In this document: positions 25,634 to 34,618 of the stretch, one piece after another
How the letters are laid out: each line of letters starts with the position of its first letter
Position numbering within the stretch: the first letter of the stretch is position 1
Assembly: GCA_038496445.1 (NCBI GenBank)
Contig: JALMLS010000504.1
Location: 62,001 to 126,000, forward strand
Length of the DNA: 64,000 bases
DNA from: Trichosphaerium sp. ATCC 40318
Lineage: Eukaryota; Protista; Tubulinea
Reading direction: 5' to 3'
The notes under the pieces: generated by a model
Database searches by the model: none
Told to the model about the DNA's origin: nothing
What the model saw: the letters and a program-made list of their open reading frames with translations, nothing else
Program-made: the position numbers and the translations under genes

Positions 25634-28600
25634 CTAAGTGTGATCTCCACTCAATGATAATGCTATGTCCAATGCAAATATATTATCAAAGTTCTCTATT
25701 ACGTAATCTAACCAATCTCGTAGATCGCCCTTCATGCTGCAATTCTTCATTTGCACCATTAATTTATCTTGTGTTGTTCCGTCTCTAACATATGGTGATC
25801 CTGCTCCCATTATATCCTTTATACTTTTCTTTATCTCTTTCATCTCTAATCTCGGTGCCGCTACCACTATGTCTTTTAATATTCTTCTTAGCATTTCCAT
25901 TCTGTGTGCTGTTCTTGATCTTGTTATTCTTCTTCTAGTCGGTGTTACTCCCTCTGTTTTCTTTATTTCATTCGTCAAACTTTCAACTCCTCCGATATCT
26001 TTCTTCATCATTCTTTCTACATCTTTCTTCGTCATCTCTGCTTTCTCTACGTAATCTTCATCTCCTACTAATCTAATGTTTCCATCTTCATCTTCGAATT
26101 TCTCATACTTTTCTTCTATATATTCTTCTGGTCTTAAGAATGAATCAATAAATGGTTTAATTCTTTCTACGTTTATCACTCTACTCATTTGACTGTCTTC
26201 TGGTAGCTTTAACATTACTGTGTTCCGTCCCATCACTCTTAATATCTCATATGGTCCTCTCCATTTGCATGTAAATTTCCCATGTTTTTCCTTCTTGTAT
26301 GGTACGCTTAGCCATACTAGTTGATCTTCTCTGAAGTCTACCCATCTCCTTCTTTTGTTGTAGTATCTCGCTTGGTCCTTCTTAGCCTTTAATATTGCCT
26401 TCTTCGTGATTTGATATGCATGTCTTAGTCTATGTGCTAATACTTCCGCCCAATGTGCCATATTATATTTATCTGGTATCTGTACTTTCTCTTCTGTCGC
26501 CATATCTAATGGTAATCTCGGTTCCCTTCCAAACATTAGCGCGAATGGTGAGTATTTCGTTGCGTGATGTATCGCCGTCCGGTATGCGTAGAGTGCGTAT
26601 GGTATCCAATAGTCCCAGTCATTTTGACTTTCGTTCACAAATGACTTTAATATTTCTACGATTGTGTGGTTGAATCTCTCCATCTGTCCATCTGTTTGCG
26701 GGTGAAATGCTGTCGTCCTTGCTGGTTTGATGTATAACGCTTCGTATACTCTGTTCATGAATTTTCCTGTGAAATCTCTTCCCTGATCCATCAATACCTG
26801 TTTTGGCATTCCATATCTAAAACAGAATTCTTTTATGAATACTAGTGCTACGTCCGTAGCGTGATGACTCACTAACGGATACGCATCAGTCCACTTTGTA
26901 AAGTGATCTGTTATCACTAATAAATATTTATGTCCTCTCACTGTTGTAGGTAACGGCCCTACTATATCCATTGCTATTAACTCCATTGGTTCTAGAATCG
27001 GAAACGAAACTGCAAATCCTCCTTTTGGTTGACGAGGAGTCTTGGCCTTCTGACATTTTCTACAGGAATCGCACCATTCCTTAACATCAGAGTACATTTG
27101 AGGCCAGTAGAATCTCCTTGAAGCACGATCATAAGTTTTGATGAATCCGAAATGGCCTGCGAAAGGCATATCATGACAAGTTCTCATCACTAAGTTCTGC
27201 AATGACGCTGGTACATAGATTTGAAATTGTTTATCTTTTAGGTTAATCCGTGCCATACTATTCTTCACATGGTACAGTATATTTGTATTTTCATCATATC
27301 TTAGTACCCTCGCCTTTGTAATAAATATCAACTTCTTAAATCCGTATTGTTTTTGAACCCATTGTGGAATTCTTCCCTTGGTGAGGAACTCAATGTATGC
27401 CAACGCTTCTCCATCTTCCCTTTGAGCAGCGCTCCAGTTGATAGGTGCTAGCTTCTCTAATATGTTTACTATGTACGGTTGCCATTCCGTGAATTCATTC
27501 TTCTTTGTGACCGCTTCTTCATTTTCTATCATCCCATCATATAATCCTCTTGTTATTAATAATAATTGTTCTCCTTTGTTTGTTTGCATTATTTCCTTAT
27601 TATCTAAGGTATTTACTCTGGCCAGAGGTGGACGCGTGAGTGCGTCCGCGTCCAAATGCTTTTTCCCGGGTTTATATATTAATTTAAAGTCATAATTTTG
27701 CAATTCTAATAACCAATACGCTACCAGCGCTCTTGGGTTTTGCAAATTCTGGATGTACTCCAGTGGTTTATGATCTGTATAAACTATTAGTTTAAATTGT
27801 GAAAATGATATGTATCCAGCGAACTCCTTAATCGCTAATATTATTCCCAATGTTTCCCTTTCAATTGTTGAGTAATTCTGTTGAGCAGCGTTGAATGTTT
27901 TACTGTAGTATGCTACTACATGTTCTCTCCCATTCACCTTTTGTACTAGCGTCGCTCCTGCTGCTACCTTTGATGCATCTACGTGTATTTCAAACGGTAG
28001 TGTGAAGTCTGGATGCCGTAATATTGGTGGTGTTGTCAACAACTGCTTCAACTTCTCATATGCTTTTTGTTCTGTTGTCGTCCAATTCCATATTGTACCC
28101 TTGTGTTTCAATTGATTAAGCGGGTGTGCCCACTGTGCGTAGTTAGGTACGAATCTTCTGTAATATCCCGTGATCCCAAGGAAACGTTCCAATTCGGCGA
28201 TGCAGGTAGGTGGTGGTGCCTCGTCTATCAACTTGATAATTCTAGGATTTGTTGCAATACCATTCGCCGACACGACGTGTCCCAAGAACTCTACCTCATC
28301 TTTAAAAAGCACAGTCTTCGAAGCTTTAAGCATTACATTGTGCTCTTCCAGGCGGTCAAACATGAGTTTAAGATGCACTAGGTGCTCTTCAAAACTCTGA
28401 CTGAATACTATGATATCATCAACATAACAAAGGCACGTCTGCCAGAGAAGTCCGGATAACATCAAATTCATTTGCCTTTGGAACGTAGCCTGTGCATTTT
28501 TCAAACCGAAAGGCATTCCTAACCATTCGTACAAACCCCAGGGTGTCGCAAACGCTGTCTTAGGTCTGCTTTCTTCTGACATCATGATTTGCCAGTACCC

Positions 28601-29107
28601 TGAAATTGCATCAAACAAGCTGAAGTATTTCGCTCTAGCCAGCACCTCCAGTAGTTCTGTTACCCTTGGTAATGGATGCACATCTTTCTTTGTAATCTTA
28701 TTTAGCGCTCTATAATCTATACAGAAGCGCCATGATCCATCCTTTTTCTTAACCAAAACTACTGGCACTGACCATTGTGACTTTGACGGTTGTATCACTC
28801 CTTGCTCTAACATTTTCTCCATTTCTTCTCTTACTATAGCTCTCTTATGTGAGTTAAGTGGTCTATATGGTATGTGTACTGGCTTCTTTCCTTCTTCCGT
28901 TTCAATATGGTGTTCCATTCCTTTCGCGTTCGCTGGCTTCTTCAACTTGGATGTGAATCTATCCAGATGTCCTGCCATGAACCTGTATGCTCTTTCTCTC
29001 TGCTCCTCCGTTAGCTTAGATCCTTCCATTTTAAATAAATCTTTCGCTTTCTTAATATCTTCTTCCTGTACTTGTTTCTCTTCCTCTTTCATCTTCTTTA
29101 TCTCATT
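25634..29107 (-). CDS. pol: pol, C-terminal part: reverse transcriptase, RNase H, integrase
   Basis: RT motifs RFCIDYRALN, MPFGLKNA, YVDD. RNase H motifs DAS, ERE, TDH, DALTR. Integrase HHCC (HDMPFAGH..CDSCRKC), DDE core (MDIVGP, DQG, GQMERFN) and GPY motif (WRGPY). Confidence 0.97.
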   Translation of the reverse strand, partial: NEIKKMKEEEKQVQEEDIKKAKDLFKMEGSKLTEEQRERAYRFMAGHLDRFTSKLKKPANAKGMEHHIETEEGKKPVHIPYRPLNSHKRAIVREEMEKMLEQGVIQPSKSQWSVPVVLVKKKDGSWRFCIDYRALNKITKKDVHPLPRVTELLEVLARAKYFSLFDAISGYWQIMMSEESRPKTAFATPWGLYEWLGMPFGLKNAQATFQRQMNLMLSGLLWQTCLCYVDDIIVFSQSFEEHLVHLKLMFDRLEEHNVMLKASKTVLFKDEVEFLGHVVSANGIATNPRIIKLIDEAPPPTCIAELERFLGITGYYRRFVPNYAQWAHPLNQLKHKGTIWNWTTTEQKAYEKLKQLLTTPPILRHPDFTLPFEIHVDASKVAAGATLVQKVNGREHVVAYYSKTFNAAQQNYSTIERETLGIILAIKEFAGYISFSQFKLIVYTDHKPLEYIQNLQNPRALVAYWLLELQNYDFKLIYKPGKKHLDADALTRPPLARVNTLDNKEIMQTNKGEQLLLITRGLYDGMIENEEAVTKKNEFTEWQPYIVNILEKLAPINWSAAQREDGEALAYIEFLTKGRIPQWVQKQYGFKKLIFITKARVLRYDENTNILYHVKNSMARINLKDKQFQIYVPASLQNLVMRTCHDMPFAGHFGFIKTYDRASRRFYWPQMYSDVKEWCDSCRKCQKAKTPRQPKGGFAVSFPILEPMELIAMDIVGPLPTTVRGHKYLLVITDHFTKWTDAYPLVSHHATDVALVFIKEFCFRYGMPKQVLMDQGRDFTGKFMNRVYEALYIKPARTTAFHPQTDGQMERFNHTIVEILKSFVNESQNDWDYWIPYALYAYRTAIHHATKYSPFALMFGREPRLPLDMATEEKVQIPDKYNMAHWAEVLAHRLRHAYQITKKAILKAKKDQARYYNKRRRWVDFREDQLVWLSVPYKKEKHGKFTCKWRGPYEILRVMGRNTVMLKLPEDSQMSRVINVERIKPFIDSFLRPEEYIEEKYEKFEDEDGNIRLVGDEDYVEKAEMTKKDVERMMKKDIGGVESLTNEIKKTEGVTPTRRRITRSRTAHRMEMLRRILKDIVVAAPRLEMKEIKKSIKDIMGAGSPYVRDGTTQDKLMVQMKNCSMKGDLRDWLDYVIENFDNIFALDIALSLSGDHT

Positions 29108-31079
29108 CAGGTCTGAAAATTATCATGGTATTATACCATATTTTATGGTATAATCACCTTTTATGGTACAAGCTCAGTATAATCCATAATTATACCATAT
29201 AATTATACCATAAAATATGGTATAATACCATGTTTTTTGGACAAATGGTATAACAGCCATTATACCATGTTTATACCATATTTCAATTTATAGAATATAA
29301 TTATACCATAAAACATGGTACTATACCATGGTATTATACCACATTTTACAGTACATTATACCATGCATTATACCATATAATTATACCATAAAACATGGTA
29401 CTATACCATGGTATTATACTGCATTTTAAAGTATATTATACCATGCATTATACCATATAATTATACCATAAAATACGGTATAATACCATGGTATTATACC
29501 ATATTTTACAGTATTGTATACCGTGCATTATACCATATAATTATACCATAAAATGTGGTATTATACCGTGGTATTATACCATATAAGTATAAGTTAGTCA
29601 AAGCTCACTTGGTCTATACTTGATTTAATAGCCTTTGGCCCTACACAAACGCCATACCACACAATGCTTTGACAGTAGCCGTTATTGAACATAATTGGCA
29701 TATAAATGTGTGAAAAACAGTTTTAAGAGAGAAATCTGGTAATGCGCCCCAATTGTGGGCGTTTTAGGGATAAATTGGCCAATTTTCTCCAATTGACAGT
29801 ATTTGAGGAAGAAACCACTCCACATACCCCATGTTAGAACACTACAGTGGTAGACACACCAAAAACGCGTTTAGCGCTTGAAAAATGCCCATTCGCAAAA
29901 AACCTCCAGTTGGAGGTTTTTTTCCCCAGCTTTCATTTTTTTCTCCCCTCCATAGGCATTTTTACACTCAATCAACGCCATACAGCCTCATTTACCAAAT
30001 CAGGAGCAAAATTATTTATTTTTTTTTGACATTTTTGATATACGCTCCAATGCATGTTAAAACGCGTGAATAGTGCTATAAGGCCAAGTTGTTTCAGAGC
30101 CTACCCATTTTTTGAGTTTTTTGGTTTTTTTTGGATTTTTTTGGATTTTTTTGAATTTTTCCCTACTAAATGCCCGCATTTGCCAGAACAGATAGCATTT
30201 AGGCTTCACACCCATGTGTTGACCTTACGAGTGATATTGTAAACCAATTGGCTAAGTCAGAGCACAAAACTAAGTCTTGTCCAGTTTATCGCCCGCACAA
30301 CACAAGGTACGCTAAAAGTAGTTGTTTTGAAGCCGCTTGCCATAGGTTTTAACCAAGCTAAATAGATGATAAAAAAAAAACCAAGATGTGTTAGCTAACA
30401 GGTACGATTCCGCTAGAACTTGTTTCCGATGAAGTTGGCAGTTATTTTCATTTCTTTGTTTTAGTCTTGGTTTGGCTCCACCACACAGGTCATTTGTTAC
30501 TCCCAGTGCTGCCACCACAACAAAACAGCAATTTTTGTACGACTATTTATTTTGTGCATCAAGCCTTCACTAATTCTTCTTCTAGTTTTCATGCTATGTC
30601 CATTCGATGCACTTACAGCAAGTACAATATTTTTTTTGAAGGTTATTTGATGTGTCAACTACCACAAAAGAGGATATGGACAAAACCAAAGGTCACGGAT
30701 GTAAACAAAAAAATGTATTAATAAATGTGGTTTTATTATTAGAACAGTTTTTACACAGTATAATACACTTGGTTTTGTGGTATAATCTACCAAGTTTTAA
30801 GGTATAATATACCAGACTTTGTGGTATTATACTGTGTTTTATACCATGTTTTATGGTAGAATTATACCATATATTGCATTTTTTCAGGTGAAAAAATATG
30901 GTATAAATTCGCACTTTCTACTGCATATTTATGGTATAATTTGGCTGTTTTATGGTATAAATCCTTTGATTTATGGTATATTATACTGGAATTTGTGGTA
31001 TAAAATTGTAATCAATGGTATAATTATACCACAAATTCATGGTATCTACCATAAAAACAGCTCGAGAATTTTAGACCTG
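29108..31079. mobile_element. Non-autonomous DNA transposon (1972 bp) inserted in pol; TIRs CAGGTCT(G)AAAATT, 2-bp TT TSD, subterminal repeat arrays
   Basis: Left end CAGGTCTGAAAATT at 29108; right end AATTTTAGACCTG at 31079. TT flanks both ends. Removing the element plus one TT restores ...DYT-NEIKKM... in frame. Confidence 0.88.
29120..29585. repeat. Subterminal array of TATACCAT/ATGGTATA motifs, including an 80-bp higher-order tandem (about 3.5 copies)
   Basis: ttataccataaaa recurs at 29301, 29381, 29461 and 29541. The same motif clusters again at ~30775-31052. Confidence 0.9.
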
Positions 31080-31796
31080 TTTGTATAATCTATATCTAGT
31101 ACTGATACTTCGTCTTCTTCCGTTACCGGTGTGAATCTCGCTAGATTGCATTTCGCTGGTATGAATTTTGCTTTGTTTGTCATATTCATCACTTGTACCA
31201 GTACCTTTGACTTCACTACTCTTCCGCATGTTCTCGCTAATTGTACTCCAAATCTTTTTAATAAATAATTGTGTCCGTCAAACTCGTCTTCCTTATGTGC
31301 TTCTACTATTCCCTCTTTGAATGATACAGGTGTTGTCAGATTAACCCAAAACATTACTTGTGAATACTTTGGTATCTTAATCCTGTTGCTTGTCATCACG
31401 TTCGCAGCCTCCGCCTTTTCTGCTTTTTCTTTCGTGTATGTAATCCTTATTTCTTCACCAATCTCGTTCTTGACTGTCTCTTTGTTGAATGATATCGACA
31501 AGCCGAACGCCTTCATCATATTCGTTCCTAATAATAACGGATATCGGAAGTTCTTGACTACAAAGCAGTTTACGTTCTTCTTAAGTGTTCCGAATGTAAT
31601 TGGTACTGTAGTTGTTCCTACAACGTTCAGTGTTGAATTGTTAGCTGTGTACACTGGTTGGTCGTGTTCCTTAAATATTCTTCCGTTTCTTTTTAACCTC
31701 TTTACTAATGCAAGGTCAATAATACTACAAGAGGCACTCGAATCTAACACTGTCTTGATCATCTTGATCTTTCCCACCGACGTTCTTAATGTGTTT
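31080..31796 (-). CDS. pol: pol, N-terminal part: aspartic protease plus dUTPase-like spacer domain (in +1 frame to gag)
   Basis: TVLDSSASCSII...LLLGTNMM retropepsin motifs, followed by the IKIPKYSQ...GVQLART...VQVMNMT pattern. Confidence 0.88.
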
Positions 31797-33950
31797 TAGA
31801 TTGTTATTTCTCTCCTCTACCCTCTCTTTGGTAGTGAAACTCCTTTTGTGTTTGAAGGTTGGTCTCTCCTCGTTAACAACCTTTTTTATCTTATCTTGTT
31901 GTTCTTCTGTTATCTTATTCTTCTCTCGCTGTTCGAATCTATTGTTCTCACATGTGTGGCCGGTAAACAAACGTGCTACTTTATAATTTGAACCGCTCCA
32001 TATGCTTTTATTAGGACGTTTACGCTCGTCCGAAACAAACACATCTTCGCGTTTAACTGGGCACTCTTTAGCCGTGTGAAAGTATCCTTTGCATCTACTA
32101 CACACCACGTCTGTGTTACCTCTACCTCTCGTTCTTGTTCTATCCTCTCCCCCTCTGTTCCATCGTCTCTCCTCTCTCTCTCTGTTATCTTGCCAATTTC
32201 TACGCTCTTGCGTATCTCTTCTGTCATATCCTCCTCTGTATCCTCCTCGATATCCTCCTTGATATCCTCTTTGATATCCTCCTCGGTATCCTCCTCGATA
32301 TCCTCCTCTGTATCTTCCTCTGTATCCTTTTTGTTGACCTCTCTGTGCGTATCTTCCCTGTTGGTATGGTACATCTCGATCGAATCTTCCTTTATCTCTT
32401 GTCTCAGTGTATCTGGTATCTCTTTCCTTATTCCTATTTAATTCTCGCTTTTTCCATAGCTTCCGTTCTTTATCTTCTTCTCTCTTTTTATCGTTTTGCC
32501 ATTTACGCTTGCTTCCAACCTTCGTGGTCTTAATTATGTTAACCTCCTGTGTATGAGACGTTCTTCTGTTGTCTCTATTGCGTGCGAACGTCTTAACCTT
32601 CTTCGCTTCTTCTACTCCCGTGATGTATTTTAATACCTTCTCGAATATATACTTCTCCGGATTGTCGCCGAATTTCACTTCCAATTTGAGCTTCAGCGTT
32701 GATAATAACCCTCTGTAGAACTCTCCGTACTGTCTCGCCTTCGATACTTGTCCTAGTTTCGCGTACTTATCTACTAACGCTCTGTATTCTTCTATGCTCT
32801 GATCCTTTGTTTGCTTCAGATCTTCCAGCATTATACGCGCCTGCTTACGTTGTATTGTTGGGCTGTACGCACGTATCAATGCCAATACCGCCGCCACCGG
32901 GTCGAATGTATATTTATCTTTACTCAATAAATCATTGACCTTTCCTTTTGCCAAAATTCTTAATGCGAATATATATCCTCGTTTGCCCAGATTGAATCCG
33001 TTCGCCATGTGTTGTACGCCCGTGAGGTATTTATCCAATCCTACCGATGACATCTTGCCGTCTCCGAATGTTGTGAAGGAACTAGCGATGTTGCCTATGC
33101 TGGATAATTTACCTTCACAATCGTGCCAGTCGTTTCCGATGCAATTGCCATCACTCCCTTTGACTCCGTGCGGCAAGAAGTTATAAATAGCTTGTCTTTC
33201 TTCTTCCGTACAATAGTCATCACTAATGGTCTCCATATATCGTCTGCTCGGCAATCCTTTGCTGATGCTATCTCTTGAAGTATCATCCCTTTCTTCGTCT
33301 GAATCCTCTACTGCGATAATATTTTTCTTCTCTTCTTTAATATACTCTCCCATAGTACTCCGTGATTCATATTCTGCTTCATCCATCTCTCTGTTGTTGT
33401 GGGGTGATCTGTTCTTCTCTGGTTCTTGCTCCGGTCGTTCCGATACCATAGATAATGCTTCTGTTCTCCGTCTTTTAGCTGGAGTTGACGTAGCTACTGG
33501 TGATCTGTTCCGACTTCGTTTTCGTGCCACCGTTTGTCGCAGTTGCTCCATTTGTCGTTGAATCGATCTCTGTTGTAATTCTAACTTCTCCATCTGTCGA
33601 ATGTCGTTTTCTTCATTGCTCGATTCGCTATCGGAGTCTTCACGTGATATTTTTCTTCTTTTTCTAGACTCCGTATCCCGTTCGCTTCTTTCCGGGCTGT
33701 ATGACCGTTGTTTTATATTGCGTACTGGTCTTTCTAGCTCCCCATCTTCGGAGTCATCATCGTCGGTGTCGGATCGCTTTCCATCTTTCGTCGCTTGCTT
33801 GTTATCCCGTAAGCTTTTATCCTTGGCTGTGTTAATTAATTCATTCAAACTAGTGTCCAAATGTGGCGGTAATATGTTATCCTGATAATTATATCCCATG
33901 CTATAGTCATCTAGTAACGTATCGTTATCATCCTTGTTCCCTGTCTCCAT
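31725..33950 (-). CDS. gag: gag: charged low-complexity N-terminus, capsid-like core, RGGY repeats, CCHC zinc knuckle
   Basis: 751-aa ORF (first ATG at 33950) with LKQTKDQSIEEY (MHR-like) and CSRCKGYFHTAKEC. Confidence 0.9.
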   Translation of the reverse strand: METGNKDDNDTLLDDYSMGYNYQDNILPPHLDTSLNELINTAKDKSLRDNKQATKDGKRSDTDDDDSEDGELERPVRNIKQRSYSPERSERDTESRKRRKISREDSDSESSNEENDIRQMEKLELQQRSIQRQMEQLRQTVARKRSRNRSPVATSTPAKRRRTEALSMVSERPEQEPEKNRSPHNNREMDEAEYESRSTMGEYIKEEKKNIIAVEDSDEERDDTSRDSISKGLPSRRYMETISDDYCTEEERQAIYNFLPHGVKGSDGNCIGNDWHDCEGKLSSIGNIASSFTTFGDGKMSSVGLDKYLTGVQHMANGFNLGKRGYIFALRILAKGKVNDLLSKDKYTFDPVAAVLALIRAYSPTIQRKQARIMLEDLKQTKDQSIEEYRALVDKYAKLGQVSKARQYGEFYRGLLSTLKLKLEVKFGDNPEKYIFEKVLKYITGVEEAKKVKTFARNRDNRRTSHTQEVNIIKTTKVGSKRKWQNDKKREEDKERKLWKKRELNRNKERDTRYTETRDKGRFDRDVPYQQGRYAQRGQQKGYRGRYRGGYRGGYRGGYQRGYQGGYRGGYRGGYDRRDTQERRNWQDNREREERRWNRGGEDRTRTRGRGNTDVVCSRCKGYFHTAKECPVKREDVFVSDERKRPNKSIWSGSNYKVARLFTGHTCENNRFEQREKNKITEEQQDKIKKVVNEERPTFKHKRSFTTKERVEERNNNLKHIKNVGGKDQDDQDSVRFECLL

Positions 33951-33982
33951 CTTATGATCTCCGTGACTTATGTAGATCAAAG

Positions 33983-33999
33983 ACTGCTGCGTGTCGCCA
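33983..33999 (-). other. Primer-binding site, probably for a Ser-type tRNA
   Basis: Minus strand TGGCGACACGCAGCAGT lies 2 nt inside the 5' LTR. It is complementary to a tRNA 3' end ...GTGTCG-CCA with a G discriminator. The tRNA identity is inferred. Confidence 0.7.
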
Positions 34000-34001
34000 A
34001 A

Positions 34002-34145
34002 TGTAAGAGGGTAAGGTACTCGTGAGTAGTTGTACTAAGCTTGGGTCTGGTTTATTGTTGTCCTTTAAGGACTTATTACATTAAGTAGGTGCTCCGGCAC
34101 CTTCCGGGTTAATCAATGTGATTCATGTCGACTTTCCGCCTTACA
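34002..34145 (-). repeat. 5' LTR (144 bp)
   Basis: Direct repeat of 25327-25470. Confidence 0.97.
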
Positions 34146-34618
34146 ACTGTTGTAACTTTTTTTATCCTTGTACATCTAATTGTATCAACTTTTTGAGATG
34201 TATGAGCAAGAAGCTTCCCTAAAGTATCACGTGATAAATAAAAGAGTTAAATTCATGCATTGTAAGAGCCTTTTGTTTATTAATCGTCTTTACATTCCTT
34301 GAAGCCATCCCAGTGAGTGCAATGTCTACGCCAAAAAGAAGAGAGAATGTGCTTGAGAAACGTTAACGGCATTCTTAGATCAGCTACAAAGAATCTTCAA
34401 CTGGGTTCTAAAGTACACCTGATAAATTTCCAACAGATCCTTTCTTTCAAAGTTTGTGGTAATAGTGAACACTGCCAAGGCGAACGAAACATGGCGGCCA
34501 GAACAAACTCGGAGTATCATGATACCAGACATCGATATCCAGTACAATTGTCAAAAATGACAACGTTCAAAGCAACACAGTATTTGAAATACTTTTTTTA
34601 TTTTGTATTTGTTTACAT

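Larger units (their letters stand above)
25327..34145 (-). mobile_element. Full-length Ty3/Gypsy LTR retrotransposon (LTR-PBS-gag-pro/RT/RH/IN-PPT-LTR) carrying a nested DNA transposon
   Basis: Two 144-bp TG..CA LTRs. TSD ACTG at 25323-25326 and 34146-34149. Domain order PR-RT-RH-IN. Confidence 0.97.

Noticed and set aside
29301-29585. 80-bp periodic repeat as a CRISPR-like array
   Set aside because: The units are contiguous degenerate tandems without unique spacers, there are no cas genes, and the context is eukaryotic.
29840-30075. Inner CACTA...TAGTG element
   Set aside because: Complementarity does not extend past 5 bp and there is no TSD.
29108-31079. Nested element as an Introner-like spliceable insert (TIRs contain CAG|GT and YAG|ACCTG in both orientations)
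   Set aside because: Splicing at these sites leaves 10 extra nt (AAC AGA CCT GAA TGA) and gives an immediate stop, so pol is not restored.
31976-33885. Antisense and alternative-frame ORFs over gag
   Set aside because: They are shadows of low-complexity, purine-biased gag sequence.
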